Positions 42,958 through 59,270 of a stretch of 64,000 bases of DNA are shown here, piece after piece. Made by a program: the position numbers and the translations under genes. The DNA comes from Octopus vulgaris (lineage: Eukaryota). The stretch spans positions 62,310,001 through 62,374,000 of the forward strand of contig OX597827.1 in assembly GCA_951406725.2 (NCBI GenBank), given 5' to 3'. Under the pieces are notes generated by a model. The model ran no database searches and was not told where the DNA came from. It saw nothing but the letters and a program-made list of their open reading frames with translations. Positions within the stretch are counted from its first letter, which is position 1. Each line of letters begins with the position of its first letter.

Positions 42958-43335
42958 GCGGTGAGCTGGTAGAAACGCTAGCACGCCGGACGAAGTGCTT
43001 AGCGGTATTTTGCCCGTCCCTACGTTCTGAGTTCAAATTCCACCTAGGTCGACTTTGCCTTTCATCCTTTCGGGGTCGATTAAATAAGTACCAGTTACGC
43101 ACTGGGGTCGATATGATCGACTTAATCCGTTTGTTTGTCCTCTCTGTGTTTAGCCCCTTGTGGGTAGTAAAGAAATAGGTATTTCGTCTGCCGTTACCTT
43201 CTGAGTTCAAATTCCGCCGAGTTCGACTTTGCCTTTGATCCTTTCGGGGTAAATTAAGTACCAGTTGCGTAATGGGGTCGATCAAATCGACTGGCTTCCT
43301 CCCCCAAAATTTCAGGCTTTGTGCCTACAGTAGAT
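42958..43335 (+). mobile_element. SINE family B dimer
   Basis: Tail-to-ggtatttcgtctgcc junction at about 43178, second unit with the alternative tail. Confidence 0.88.
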
Positions 43336-44399
43336 AGGAAATATAAAATACTTTACATAATGAACAATTTTATTATTATTTTGAACAGGTTTTTCCTAAA
43401 CAAAGTGATGTTACTCATATATTTAGATTTGAAACTTGCACCATTTGGCAATCACGTTACGTTTCATTTTGGATTTATTGTCGAAATCTTTTATCTGTAC
43501 TGGCAATACGGTGTTTAAAATCAATTAAGAAATTGAATTTAAAGTAGTTATTTGTAATCTATTTGTGTATTTGTCTATCATTATTTCTTTATTGTTTGTG
43601 ATATATAAATTAAAAGAATTTAATTAAGAAAAAGTTTGGAACATAAAATAAAATGAAAGGTAAATTACACTTAAATGTTTCCTTATTCAAATATATTAGC
43701 CAATACAAGAATCCATTAATGCCTTCCCTACGTGGTTTTGTTGTGTATTCTAACCAACCTTGTGTAGCGTAGTTTATGCACTGTATTTACTGATGACCGT
43801 AGTAAAAGGCACACTAGGACAATACGTTACTAAAGATCTTATGTCTATTAAATTGTATTTGCTAATTTAAATCGTACTTATTTGTGACTTTGCACGTACA
43901 GAGAAAATCTAATTTAATCGATCATTCTTACAGACTAAATACCATTACAGTTTCCTCACGAAGAAGGTCCATAAACCATCCAAATGTCTTTTGCTATATT
44001 TGTGCGGTCAGCATGCCCTAAGTGAACATAGTTAATTAATCTCTGATGTATCTGGCCTATTCTGAAGTACAATTTAAAGGCAAAGATAAGTCATGGTTTC
44101 CCCATTTATGCAAAACATTCACGGAACAGATTTACACACTACATTCGTATGTATGCATTCCCTGTTTAGTGGGGCATCCACAAAACTCCTACAGTTACAT
44201 CCTAGGGGCCAAGACTTAAGGCGGACGTGTTCGTTTATTCGTTAGTGCTGTAACGAGTAGTTGAAGGCATACTTGGTGAGTGTAACCAAGAATATGAGAT
44301 CGGGACTCACTTAGATACTGGAGTTCCCGATAAGCCTCCTTTCCTGTTATAGTCACCCCTACGTGTTCTTTTGGCTTGGGCTCAGGGGTTAACGCAATC

Positions 44400-44730
44400 T
44401 AGGTTTATGATACAGATAATATCCTGAATCCCGGTCTAATATTGCATCTAAAACTTTAACCTATTGCTGCAATTTTCGGAAGATATAAAGAGATTGAATT
44501 TCCGAGGAAAAACGTGGAGACATTTTCTCTTTCCATCTCGAAGTGTTTAGGAGAATGTCATACCTATAGAGTCCGTTCACTATGTTCGGAAGGCTCTCCT
44601 TCAGTTTATAGAGTATATGTAATCCTACATGACACGTAACTTGGGCAGAATCGGAGGACCCATCAGCCACACCAAACTCCCCAGTCCTAGACTGTCTACA
44701 CCAGTAGACACTTGATCGGGTAGTGTACGC
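44400..44730 (-). mobile_element. Decayed PLE reverse-transcriptase fragment
   Basis: FGVADGSSDSAQVTCHVGLHILYKL...GLYRYD...KVLDA resembles the MGS.DGAEV.ELVG..IL / GLYRDD / FLD motifs of PLE RTs. Confidence 0.6.
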
Positions 44731-45576
44731 ATAAAGAAATATATTCTGTCATAGAATTAAAAAATAAAAACAAAACAGCAGCAATGTAAAAAAGAAAACT
44801 AGAAAAATACGCAAACTAATTTTTTATAGTAATTCGTGTTATATAAGTGTCTGTGTCTTTGTGTTTTATAGTTATATTTTGTTTATATTTCTTCACGATT
44901 GCATTTGTATATATGTGTGTATATTCTGTGTTTGTTTTTGTATGTACGTCTTAAAATATGTGCATGGAGCTGTTAGTAATATTGAGATATTAAATAGGGA
45001 AAGTAATATTATATTTACAAAGATTTCCTGTTTTAGTTTTTCTTTGGAGAAATTATTATACATGCATATTCTGCATGCTTCTTTTAATGCATACCAATAT
45101 ATTTTCTATTAGTTCCTGCAAGTAAATTTAGAAACTCATGTGGATTTTGAATGCTTGCGTATGAATATATGCGTTTATGTATTTAAGTGCAATCGTGTTA
45201 AGATATTCGTATGGAATTTTAGCGGCCATGATAGTTTAGAAAAATATGTTAGTTGAATATTATAAATTTTTATGTCTGATATAATCTAATTCGGCATTGC
45301 TGGCACATGAACTAGTGACATATATATACATTCTGAGTATTCCAAATGTATCCTACTGTAATCCTTAAAGTTCTTTGTACACCCTGATGATTTTCCATAC
45401 GATGTATTTAAAACCTAAAATAATATATTTATACGTTTTGTAATTTTTATTTTGTTTGTCAAATGAAACAATTGTAGGTAAATATATTAAACAATTAATA
45501 AATCAAATTCTGACCATTAGATCTCTCTGTTTCTAACACAATAATAATAATAATAATATTATAAACACACACACAC

Positions 45577-45633
<57 letters not shown>

Positions 45634-45988
45634 TATACATACATATACATAAATATATATGTGTGTGTATGTGTGTGTGTGTATTCCGTGTGTGTATATA
45701 TAACAATTATTTGTCTATAATATATATATGAATACATGAATATCTATATGCACAAATATTTGTATCTGCTTGTGTATGTATGTGCACACAGCACAAACAC
45801 ATACATATATAGGCACACACACACATATATATATATATACGCACGCAGAGACAGTGAAAACGTTTGCCTGACCGATTTTCATTTGATCAAAAAATATTTT
45901 GCTTGCATTGCACTGGAAAAATGGGACACACCGTTATCAATGCACAAAAACTATTAGTTTGCATGTATGTAGGCACACATGTATGTAG

Positions 45989-46041
<53 letters not shown>

Positions 46042-46194
46042 GTAGCCTGGCCATTATGTATGCAAGTTTTCTTTAGTTTGTTAAATTTCGACACAGATGT
46101 GTCAATCTCCTTGACATTTATCTAATAGCTTATCTTAATTCCCTTTTTTCGACATCTTACTGTAGCAGCAGCAGCAATTGTAGTAGTAGTAGTT

Positions 46195-46228
<34 letters not shown>

Positions 46229-46499
46229 GGGCAGCAGTGGTAAGGCGACGAACAAGCAGTCGTTAGCTGGCCAGGCAAAATGCTTAGCTGCGCTTCGTCC
46301 GTCTGCACTTTCGAATTTTGCTGCAGTTGACGTTTGACTTTGTCTTATCATCTTTTCGGGGTCGTTGTAATCAACTAGCTTCTCGGGCTAACAAAAGCCT
46401 TGTGAAATGAATTTGAAGACGGAAAATAAAAGAAGCCTGTTGTATGTGTGTGTGTGTGAAATCTCGCTAAGCATTTCACATGGCATGCTAACGTTTCTT

Positions 46500-46730
46500 A
46501 TTTCTTTATTGCTCACAAGGGGATAAACATAGCGGAGACAAACAAGGACAGACAAAGGGGTTAAGTCGATTACATCGACCCCAGTGCGTAACTGGTACTT
46601 AATTAATCGAATCCGGAAAGATAAAAGGCAAAGTCGACCTCGGCGGAATTTGAACTCAGAACGTAACGGCAGACGAAATACCGCTAAGCATATCGCCCGG
46701 CGTGCTAACGTTTCTGCGAGCTCGCTGCCT
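46500..46730 (-). mobile_element. Full-length SINE family B
   Basis: Matches 13042-13275. Confidence 0.9.
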
Positions 46731-47369
46731 TGGGAAACGGGCCCTTATGAGCCAGGCATAACTGGGGAAGGTAAAAACAACAACTTTAACCTACAGCTTT
46801 TTCTGTCGTAGTTTTCTAAAACATTCTGTATTGCTCCTAAATATTTATGACATTAGCAGGGCACAGGCGAATGCAGATATGCTAATTAATAATGTAATTT
46901 TAGTTTTTGTGTGATTTAAGTAGCAATTTGCTGTAACTTCTCTATCTAGACAGAAAGTTGAGAGGAAACTAGTCTTCTACCTAGAGGTCAACAAACTTAA
47001 GACATGTCAGAACAATCTCCTTTATTTTTCTGTATACGAACAGAAGAGTTAAATGCATTTAGGTCCATTTAAACGATCAAAGCGAAAATTTGGAAAGCAT
47101 GTAGTTCAATGCATCCATATGTGTGTGTGTTTACACAGACACAAACACACAGACACACACATATGTGTGTGTGTGTGTGTGTGTATACGTATGACGGTCT
47201 GTAAACTTGTGCGTTTGTGTATGTATGTGGGGAGAAAGATGTGAATAAAATTTTTATATGCTCAAAATGATGTAGCCAGTTTTTAGCTGTACTCTTCCCA
47301 TTTACAGAAACATAAGCGTAAACACACGTGCATTTAAAGCCTCATATGTATATATATATATATATGTAA

Positions 47370-47776
47370 TCTTTTATTCTTTTATTCGTTTCAGTTACTT
47401 GCTGCTGCCATGCTGGGGCACCGCATTTAGTCGAGCAAATCGATCCCAAGACTTATTCTTTGTAAGCCTAGTACTTATTCTATCGGCTAAGTTCCGTGGA
47501 CGTAAATACACCAACACCGTTTGTCAAGAGATGGTGTGGGGGACAAACACAGACACGCAAACACATACATACATGTATATATACATAAAAATATGTGTGT
47601 GTGTGTGTGTGTGTTTGTGTGTGTGTGTGACGGGCTTCTTTCAGTTTTCGTCTGCAAAATCCACTGAGAAGGCTTTGGTCGGCTTGAGGCTATAGTAGAA
47701 GACACTTGCCCAAGATTCCCCGCATTTGGACTGAACCCAGAACCAAGCTTCTTACCACACAGCCACTCATGCGCCT
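47370..47776 (-). mobile_element. SINE family A copy
   Basis: Matches family A. Confidence 0.85.
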
Positions 47777-48342
47777 ATATGCATACATTTCATATTTTAT
47801 ATATCTATCCGTTGTTAATTTTCATATGTAATGTCTATAAGAAAATCTATATATGAAACCCGATATTCACTTATATATTCAGTTGAACACTGTGTCTTGG
47901 TGAGACAGACAAGATATAATGCTCTGGATACATCTTGTTTGTAACGGGGGAAGTAAACTTATATATATAAAATATTCCAATACCTTAGTAAAATCCAATA
48001 GAATTTAAAATTGGTCATTCCAGGTATAGAATTTATACACAGTGTTATTGAATCCAGGGTTGTGTTTAAAGTGCCCTAAAATAGGGAATGTATTAGTAGG
48101 GTCAAATCGAAAACAGGAAGAGGAATAGAAACAGAGAAAAAGAAGAGAAAACATTTTTAATTCTATTGGATTTTACTCACAAGGTATTGGAATCTTATAT
48201 GTATACCGTTCTGCCTAAAAAAATGGATCTACAAATGCAATATCCCTACATATCTCACATCTATTTTCTTTTATTTCCTCCACCTCACTCTCTATTTTGT
48301 AACTTATCTAAATGAACTATTTCTTAACCACCCTCACACACC

Positions 48343-48390
48343 GTCTCCGATGAAGGTATATAATAAATATCCTGAAAACAGTTGAAAGAC
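48343..48390 (+). ncRNA. Degenerate hammerhead-like motif (CCGATGA core) in pLTR-like repeat
   Basis: gtct-CCGATGA-aggtatat(aataa)atatcct-GAAA-acagttg-AA-agac; sister copy near 37592 reads agctgtaaga, suggesting an ancestral cagctg-TA. Confidence 0.5.
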
Positions 48391-48887
48391 CTTCTATCTA
48401 TAAATGTTCTAAAATCTACACAGCCTTGGTTTTGTTTTATCTCATTACGGAATAAAATTTTTATATACACACGCTGACGGTCACCGAATCTGGAACTTAA
48501 CTGCGGTCCATCTGTAGCACTTATTCAGCATTACCTGACACATTTGGGTCTCAATGACACCATTACCGCTCATAACCTTGAGAGAAGAACGAGGTGGACG
48601 CTTCATTTTTATGCTGTTGCCGCATTATGTCGTACGCGAATGAGAGGATTTGCATCCCCAACCAAGAATTTTTGATGTAATACATGTCCTTGTGGAAGTT
48701 GTTGTGCGCGGCTGAAGAAGGCCACAGACATACATTATGCATTGTTATAAATCCGTCTAATAAAGGCCCGAAACATATGTACCGCTGAATCCTTGGCATC
48801 ATGTTTTTATTTTGATTAAATTACTCCACCACCTACAACACCAAACGGTATATACAGGTGCTTACAATTATCAAGTACTCACCCCGA

Positions 48888-48967
<80 letters not shown>

Positions 48968-49234
48968 CTGTGAAAATATTTATGTATGTATATGTATATA
49001 TATGTATATATAAATATATATATATATATATATACATATATATACATATACATACATAAATATTTTCACAGACACAAATATATATGTATATATACATGTA
49101 GATACACATACGTATATATTCATGAAACAGTACATCCGCATCTGTACATATTATTACTTATATATATACACACATATACATTGTTGAATATGCGTATATA
49201 CCTTTATATTCATCTACATATATATATACATATA

Positions 49235-49297
<63 letters not shown>

Positions 49298-49709
49298 CGC
49301 GTATGTACAAAATTTACTAATACACACACATATTTATAGACATATCTTGCTTATATATGTATATACATGTGTACGCGCTCACTAATACACACACACATAT
49401 ATATATATAAACATCAAATCGAATTTACATTTATATTTATATATATATATATATATATATAAATGTAAATTCGATTTGATGTTTTCAACATAAGTACTAC
49501 GTTTTACCAAAGTAATGGAAACACTGATGTGATTAAACAGATTAAACAGACCAATCCTAGTTGAAAATTATGGAAATGTTATAATTTTATCATATGAATA
49601 TGATTGAAATACCACCCATTTTTTTTTCGTATTGGCAGCAAGCGTACGTTTACGTATACGTATATACATGTCTATACGAAAATATATAATGCATGGATAT
49701 CTGTGCATG

Positions 49710-49763
<54 letters not shown>

Positions 49764-49897
49764 CACACACATACATATATATCTTTATATATATATCTTT
49801 ATATAAATAAAACTGAGAATGTGTATATATATATATGTCGTGTGCGCAGGAGTGGGTGTGTGGTAAGTAGCTTGCTTACCAACGACATAGTTCCGTG

Positions 49898-49937
<40 letters not shown>

Positions 49938-50015
49938 GAAATTATGGATACATATGCAAATATGGATATATATATCTGTGTGTGTGTATATATTCACATC
50001 TCTGTATCTATATAC

Positions 50016-50064
<49 letters not shown>

Positions 50065-50774
50065 TGTGTGTGTGTGTGTATGCATGTGTGTGTGTGTGTG
50101 TGTATTTATACACACATGCAATTTTTACTTGGATATATATACACTGTTACTCACATATCCTGAAATCTATGTATGTACTAACTATAAATGAAAATTTTAA
50201 TCCGTCGCTGTTCCGAACGCTCGGCGTGAAATTTGGAAACTAAAATTGTAATAAAACTATAGATATTCAGCAACTAGACGTAAATAATTTGGAAATAAAA
50301 ATTGTTTTCATAATAAATATATTTTCCATAGTTACGCAGAAATTTGATGTGTTAATTTATTTATTTTTTCTTGCGATAAATATTTTATTTTCATAGATCA
50401 TGAAAACACGATATTAATTTTGTAGGTTTTAGACCCCTGTCATAATGTTGTTCATACGACAACCACTTCCAAACTCTGATTATTACATACACACAGACAC
50501 CCCGTTACCTTACACGTACATACATATTATGTGACTGCATAAAAAATTGCACTTTAATGATAGTTCAATTTCAGGAAAAATAAAAATAAAAATGAACAGC
50601 CTTTTATGAGGAATAATTTTTATTTGGGATTGCCTGTGTTGTAAAGCAATTATCTTGCATGATTATTCGTTTAAAGATAAACCATTTTTATTACATAGAA
50701 ATATAGAAATAATCTATTACTAATGTATGGAGAATCGGCATGAAGATAAATAAAATGGAAAAAAAAGATCATTA

Positions 50775-50818
<44 letters not shown>

Positions 50819-50821
50819 CAC

Positions 50822-51030
50822 GTTTTACCTTTTTCTTGTTTCAATCATTAGACTGCGACCAGGTCGGGGCATCACCTTGAATGGTCGAACAAATTGATCC
50901 CAGTATTTAAAAAAAATTGTAAAGCCTCGTACTTATTCTGTCTGCTTCCTATACCAAACAGATAAATTTCGGGGACGTTTATAACCTGACATCAGTTGCT
51001 AAGCTGTGGCAGTGAACAAACAAAGAGAAA
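50822..51030 (-). mobile_element. SINE family A, diverged 3' part
   Basis: ttcttgtttcaatcattagactgcgacc...gtacttattct. Confidence 0.6.
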
Positions 51031-51110
51031 CACACACACACAAATATATATATCTTTATATATGTTGTTTGTGTATATGCATATAAATGCAATCATACAT
51101 ACATAAATAC

Positions 51111-51205
<95 letters not shown>

Positions 51206-51489
51206 CTAATTTTCCGTTAAGGTAAGATCAAGAAAAAAATGCTCCATCCGGAAACATAAATATTGTCTAATCTACATAGTATATAGTTATGAGCTACTAA
51301 CAGTTTCACACAATGTACGTTTCTAGGAAAACAAGACAAACAACATAAAGAACGACCCTTCATCAGGTGTTGGCTGTTTTTCTAGTCACGTATTTCGAGC
51401 ATTTAACAACAAAATGCGCTTTCGGTAAAACAGTTGCTCCGCAAAGCTTAATTAAATAAAATTTCGGATTTTGCGGAGGGTCAAACTTG

Positions 51490-51564
<75 letters not shown>

Positions 51565-51895
51565 GTATATACACATGTGTGTGTGTGTGTGTGTGGTTCA
51601 GTCAAGGTGTTGTGGCCATGCTGGGGGCACTGTCATTAGCGCGATTTATGTTTATTTTAATTCACTTAGTCCTCTCTTCGGGTTCAGTTCGTATGAAACA
51701 GTGGTTTGAACAAAACTGTCCTCAGCGTTTCTTGCCGTGGTGCGGGCTTATATGATATCTCAGGTAAAAAAGAAATTATCTAAACGTTCTTTGAACACTG
51801 GCATATGTATGCCCCATAGATCTCTATTGTTTTTGTAGCAAGATATTTAAAATTTGCGGCCCTTGAACCTTACATTGTTACAGTATTGGGCCCTT

Positions 51896-52110
51896 CATCA
51901 TCATTATTGTTCGACCGTGGTCGAGACAATGGAATTTACCATGCTACGCCAGACTTCACGGTCCATCATGGCATTACGGAGGTCCTGTTGCTGGATGCCT
52001 GTATCCCTGGAGATTACATCAGGGTAGGAGAGTGTGCGCCCTCTGGTATTGCGAGTAGATGGCTTCCAGAGGAGAAGAGTAGAAATTACTTTTCTTGGTA
52101 TGTAGACCAG
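51896..52110 (-). mobile_element. RTE-clade LINE 3' end
   Basis: VISTLLLWKPSTRNTRGRTLSYPDVISRDTG...DLRNAMMDREVWRSMV, then stop and short (TGA)n tail. Confidence 0.8.
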
Positions 52111-52189
52111 TTCAAGTGATAATTCTCTGGATTGTTCTGGAATAAATAATAATAATAATAATAATAATAACAATAATAATAATAATAAC

Positions 52190-52295
<106 letters not shown>

Positions 52296-52583
52296 GTGGT
52301 GATGATGATGATGATAACAACAAAAATCAATTACAAAGTCACGTGAATAATGCATTGCTTTTTATCAAATGGTCTGTCCATTAAGTAGCTCAGGAATGAA
52401 GAAACAAGGTGAAGAGGAAGGATATATATGCACATATCCGCCTGCACAATAATAGATGTGTCTATATATATACGTAAGCACATATATTTATAAACATAAT
52501 GTGCATGTCAACACACAGATCTATAAATGCATAAATACACACACTTATACGCCTACGCATGTATGCATACATATAAAGATACA

Positions 52584-52679
<96 letters not shown>

Positions 52680-52699
52680 ATATATATACATATATATAT

Positions 52700-53003
52700 T
52701 CTTTTACTTGTTTCAGTCATTTGATTGCGGCCATGCTGGAGTACCGCCTTGAAGGTTTTTGATTTTTAGTCGAAGAAATCGACCGCAAGACTTATTCTTT
52801 GTCAGCCTAGTACTTATTATATCGGTCTATTTAGCCGGACCGCTTATTTACGAGCACATAAACATGCCAACATCGATTGTAAAGCAATGGTGAGGGAAAA
52901 ACTCAGACACTAAGATACACACAAACACACAATTACACACACATATATATAACAATTGAAAGACAGAAGATGAAATATAGGAGAATACACACACACACAT
53001 ATA

Positions 53004-53060
<57 letters not shown>

Positions 53061-53188
53061 GACGGGTTTCTTTCAGTTTCCGTCTACCAAATCCACTCCC
53101 AAGGCTTTGGTCTGTCCGGGACTATAGTAGAACCCGGAACCGGGTGGTTGGTAAACAAGCTACTTACCACACACCAACTCCTGCGCCT
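52700..53188 (-). mobile_element. SINE family A copy
   Basis: Matches family A. Confidence 0.85.
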
Positions 53189-53383
53189 ACATACATATAT
53201 ATGTACACTCATACATACTCACGCATGGATGCACACACATATATACATATATATTACAAAAGGGGTAAAAATAGCAGCCAAACCCTCCTTAAATCAATCA
53301 CTACTCTCTTAAATAAAAGACTCATTCGATCATATCCCCGTTTCTCTTCTTTATATGATATTAATTCATGGACTATTACTAGT

Positions 53384-53805
53384 TAGGTGCAGGAGTGGAT
53401 GTGTGGTAAGTAGCTTGCTAACCAACCACATGGTTCCGGGTTCAGTCCCACTGCGTGGCATCTTGGGCAAGTGTCTTCTGCTATAGCCTAGGACCGACCA
53501 ATGCCTTGTGAGTGGATTTGGTAGACAGAAACTGAAAGAAGCCTGTCGTATATATGTATATATATATATATGTATGTGTGTGTATGTGTTTGTGTGTTTG
53601 TTCTCGTAGCATTGCTTGACAACCGATGCTGGTGTGTTTACGTCCCCGTCACTTAGCGTTTCGGCAAAAGAGACCGATAGAATAAGTACTGGGCTTACAA
53701 AGAATAAGTCCTGATTTGGTCGACTAAAGGCGGTGCTCCAGCCTGGCCGCAGTCAAATGACTGAAACAAGTAAAAGAGAGTAAAAGAGAGTAAAAGAGAA
53801 AGAGA
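53384..53805 (+). mobile_element. SINE family A, full-length
   Basis: aggtgcaggagtggatgtgtggtaag...GGTTCAGTCCC...tail (taaaagagag)n. Confidence 0.92.
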
Positions 53806-53932
53806 GTTATTTGAGATCCGTTGCACAGGGACGAACACGGGTTAAAAACAGCAACGATAGATACCAAACAAAGCAACAGCGTCTGGATAATTTAATCTGT
53901 CGTATGCTTCCAAAATTGCTTTTTATAAGTTA

Positions 53933-54320
53933 CTAGCAGTATCGCCCGGCGTTGCTCAGGTTTGTAAGGGAAATAACTATAAAGCATTTTTAGAGAGTTA
54001 TAGCCAAAAAATAGCAAACAAATGGAAAAAAATGATGGTAAATTTGTTTTTTAGTTAAAAAAGGTGGAGTTGCGTCCCCTAGACAGTTTGCGGTTTGTGT
54101 TTCTGATTCTCGACCCCATGTCGAATTTATCGATTTTTTTTCAGAACTGGGGGAACTTTTCAAAATTTTCGCTGCGTTAGTTTTGAATTATGACATTGGG
54201 CTATGTGTGTGTCAAGTTTCATCCAGAATCGGTTGAAAGCCGTGGTCAGGGTGAGGGTACAACCTAACAGACACACAGAAACACACACAGACAAACTGCC
54301 GTTTATATATAGAGAGAAGA
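53933..54320 (-). mobile_element. Non-autonomous Helitron
   Basis: Minus strand begins TCTTCTCTCTATATATAAAC and ends with hairpin cctgagcaacgccggg + gatactgCTAG; inserted between A and T without TSD, shown by the empty paralogous site at 57584/57585. Confidence 0.88.
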
Positions 54321-54650
54321 TTTTATAATTAATTATTCGTATCAAAGGACGTGTAATGTGTTCCGACTGCGTTCAGACCGATAATTTTTTTCATTGGCGC
54401 AAGAAGAATTTCATTTGCTTTAAATACAGACAACAAACATTAACGATGCATGCGTAAGTTGTGTGTGTGTGTGTGTGTGTTTGTGTGTGTGCGTGTATGT
54501 GTGCGTGTGTATGTGTGTGTGTGTGAGAGAGAGAGTTTATGCCTACCATATATGCATAGAAAGACTCACACACATGTATATATAAGCAGATTCGTATATA
54601 ATATAAATATGTATTTATATCCATCCATCCATCCATTTATCAATCAATCA

Positions 54651-54726
<76 letters not shown>

Positions 54727-55205
54727 GAGCATAATCCTATGAACCCAGAAATTGAAAACAGAGGGTTACCCACTTGCAAACAAATGTGGTAACATATAAC
54801 AATATTGACCAAGGTTACCGTGGTCTTTTTCGTAGGCTTTTCTTCCCACGGATAAACCTTACTTGCTTTCCCCTTTACACCATATATCATAACACTGTGA
54901 TACACGATTCTATTGATCGTTCTTTTTTCTCCTCTTCCCCTTTTTTCCCCTTTTTTCTTCTTTTTCATTTCTCTTTCCTTTTGTTCCTTTTCCTTTTCTT
55001 TTTTTCTTCTTTTTATTCTTTTTATTTTATTCAATTTTTTTTTGTTTTTGTTCTTTTCTTCCCTTTTACGATCCCTCTTGATCGAAAACCTACGCCACCC
55101 CCTTTTTTTTTCTTTTGTTTTTTGTTCTCTTCATCCCCCAAAAGAAAAGCTCTACCTTGTAACTTGTCCCATCTGTGTGCAGCCCTGTGTGGCCAATAAA
55201 GAAAC
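54727..55205 (+). mobile_element. LINE 3' end inserted within (TATC)n
   Basis: Homologous to 7951-8296; (TATC)n on both sides. Confidence 0.75.
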
Positions 55206-55284
<79 letters not shown>

Positions 55285-55903
55285 ACCTATCTCTATCTAT
55301 CTGTCTGTCTGTCTGTCTATCAGTGAGTAGGGGGCGATGCAGAATGATGACGTCGTGAGGTAGGCCTCGAAACAGCGCACGTTCTCTCCTGATGACCCCG
55401 TACACTTACTGGCTTCCGATATCCGGAGCTTTCAACTGGTAAGCCCTTGCCTGTGCAAGTTGTTTAAAAAATAGAAAAAAGGGTTGAAAATGCACTAAAT
55501 TTCATACGTATATATATATATAGTTTTTCCCCTAGCATTTCTAGATTTATAATAGGAAATATTATATTGACAAGGAAATGAGCCTTCGGTTCTAATCCAG
55601 AAACGATTCGTCTATAATTAATCCATAGGCTGGGATTTCGATATTTTCTTCGTTTTTTGCCATATACAGGTTACAAATTGTGTTTGTTTGTGGAGACTTT
55701 TTATTAGTAGAGGAAATAGTGATCAATTTTGGCTGCTATTTCTTATATTTTCGGTATGTGGTTTTTGAGCAACTTGTTGCAATTAACCCTTAATTATAAT
55801 TATTATAACCCCTACCAAATATGGTCTCTTCCATACCGATAAATCTGCTAGGTGAAATTCATTCATTTTATTAAATTAATTATATTCCACCCTTTTTGCA
55901 TGC

Positions 55904-56004
<101 letters not shown>

Positions 56005-56516
56005 GAATAAAACACGTTGTTTCCTAATGTAAAAGTAGGTATTTTTATTGTGTTTTTGTATATACGAAAGTGTAAAATACATAAATCGGCTTTCGAAAAC
56101 AAATATTTTCATTCAACAGTTTTACTGTAAAGATATTGACGTATATTTGCACAGGGTGAATTCTACACTCACACACAACACAGTAGAACAGAGAGAAGGA
56201 GAAAGAGGGAGAGAGAGGGAGAGGGAGAGAGAGGGAGAGAGAGAGAGCGAGAGAGAGGGAGAGAGAGAGAGAGAGAGAGAACGAGAGACAGGGAGAGAGA
56301 TATGGAGGTGGAAATCACATATTACGGAAAAGTTCTCGTATAGAAAAAAAGTTTCCGTATAAAAAAGAATTACTGAATAAATTTTAGTGCATGTTGTGGC
56401 CCAATGAGTTTAGGAGTTAAAGAAGGATCATGTTTTCCTAACCGGTGCAAGTTTTCTGTGTCGTTCAGCTTAACATACGGTTGAAGGTATGTTTGTTTAG
56501 TATCCTAACACTTCGA

Positions 56517-57222
56517 AGGCGGCGAGCTGGCAGAATCGTTAGCACGCCGGGCGAAATGCTTAGCGGTATTTCGTCTGCCGCTACGTTCTGAGTTCAAATT
56601 CCGCCGAGGTCGACTTTGCCTTTCATCCTTTCGGGGTCGATAAATTAAGTACCAGTTCCGCACTGGGGTCGATGTAATCGACTTAATACCTATGTCTGTC
56701 CTTGTTTGTCCCCTCTATGTTTAGCCCCTTGTGGGTAATAAAGAAATAGGTATTTCATCTGCCGAGGTCGACTTTGCCTTTCATCCTTTCGGGGTCGATT
56801 TAATAAGTACCAGTTACGCACTGGTATCGATATAATCGACTTAATCCGTTTGTCCTCTCTGTGTTTAGCCTCTTGTGGGTAGTAAAGAAATTGATATTCC
56901 GTCTGCCGTTACGTTCTGAGTTCAAATTCCGCCGAGGTCGACTTTGTGCCTAGATTAGAAAAGAATCTTAACACTTCAAAGGCGGCGATCTGGCAGAAAC
57001 GGTAGCACACCGGGCGAAATGCTTAGTGGTATTTCATCTGTCTTTACGTTCTAAGTTCAAATTCCACCGAGGTTAACTTTGCCTTTCATCCGTTCGGAGC
57101 CGATAAATTAAGTACCAGTTGTGTACTGTGGTGGATCTAATCGACTGGTCTCCTCCCCCCACCAAAAAAAAAAACAAAACAAAAACAAAAGATTTCGGGC
57201 CTTGTGCCTACAGTAGAAAAAT
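56517..57222 (+). mobile_element. SINE family B multimer (56517-56960) plus monomer (56979-57222)
   Basis: Complete head aaggcggcgagctggcagaatcgttagcacgccgggcg; internal junctions at about 56749 and 56892. Confidence 0.9.
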
Positions 57223-57715
57223 TATCCCAAAACTTCGGCCAATGCATCGCATTGGATACGCGTCTCTATTTAAATTGATCTGGGACTGAACAAAAGAAGG
57301 GTAATATTTATAATTCACTCGAGTGGAACTTGAACGCACGAACAGGAATTTCCGTAAACAAACGAGACAGCACATTTTTTTTGATGCTCAAACGTTTCTG
57401 CCATTTCAGTTCCTTTTCGCTTACGTACGTTACTGATCGATCAGGATCGAAATGAGGTGGTGGTGGCAGCGGTGGTGGCGGTGGTACTGATCGTGGTGAT
57501 TTAACATCTACTCCAGCAACAACAGCAAAAACGTCGGAATAATTTAATCTGTCGTAAGCTTCCAAAATTGCCATTTATAAGTTATTTGTCATTAATTATT
57601 AATATCAAAGGATGCATAATGTGTTCCGACTGCATCCAGATGATTAATTTCGTTCATTGGCTCTCGAAGAATTTAACTAGTTTAACTGCAGACGAAACGA
57701 GCGATATCACTTTAC

Positions 57716-59240
<1,525 letters not shown>

Positions 59241-59270
59241 ATTTATTCGGTCGGGTCATTATGTTTACTG

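Noticed and set aside
43788-45410. Isolated CTGATGA heptamers (about 43790, about 45384)
   Set aside because: No downstream stem II plus GAAA.
51308-51372. Minus-strand CTGATGA...GAAAcgta in a pLTR-like repeat
   Set aside because: Helix I and II pairing too degraded to call; at most a remnant.
55340-55400. HHR-like tgatga...gagg-tagg-cctc-gaaa
   Set aside because: Core lacks C3, spacing is wrong and there is no helix III or NUH triplet.
57308-57574. 88-aa proline-tract ORF as a host gene
   Set aside because: Alternative start codon, proline run comes from a (GGT)n tract, no recognisable domain; kept only as a low-interest finding.
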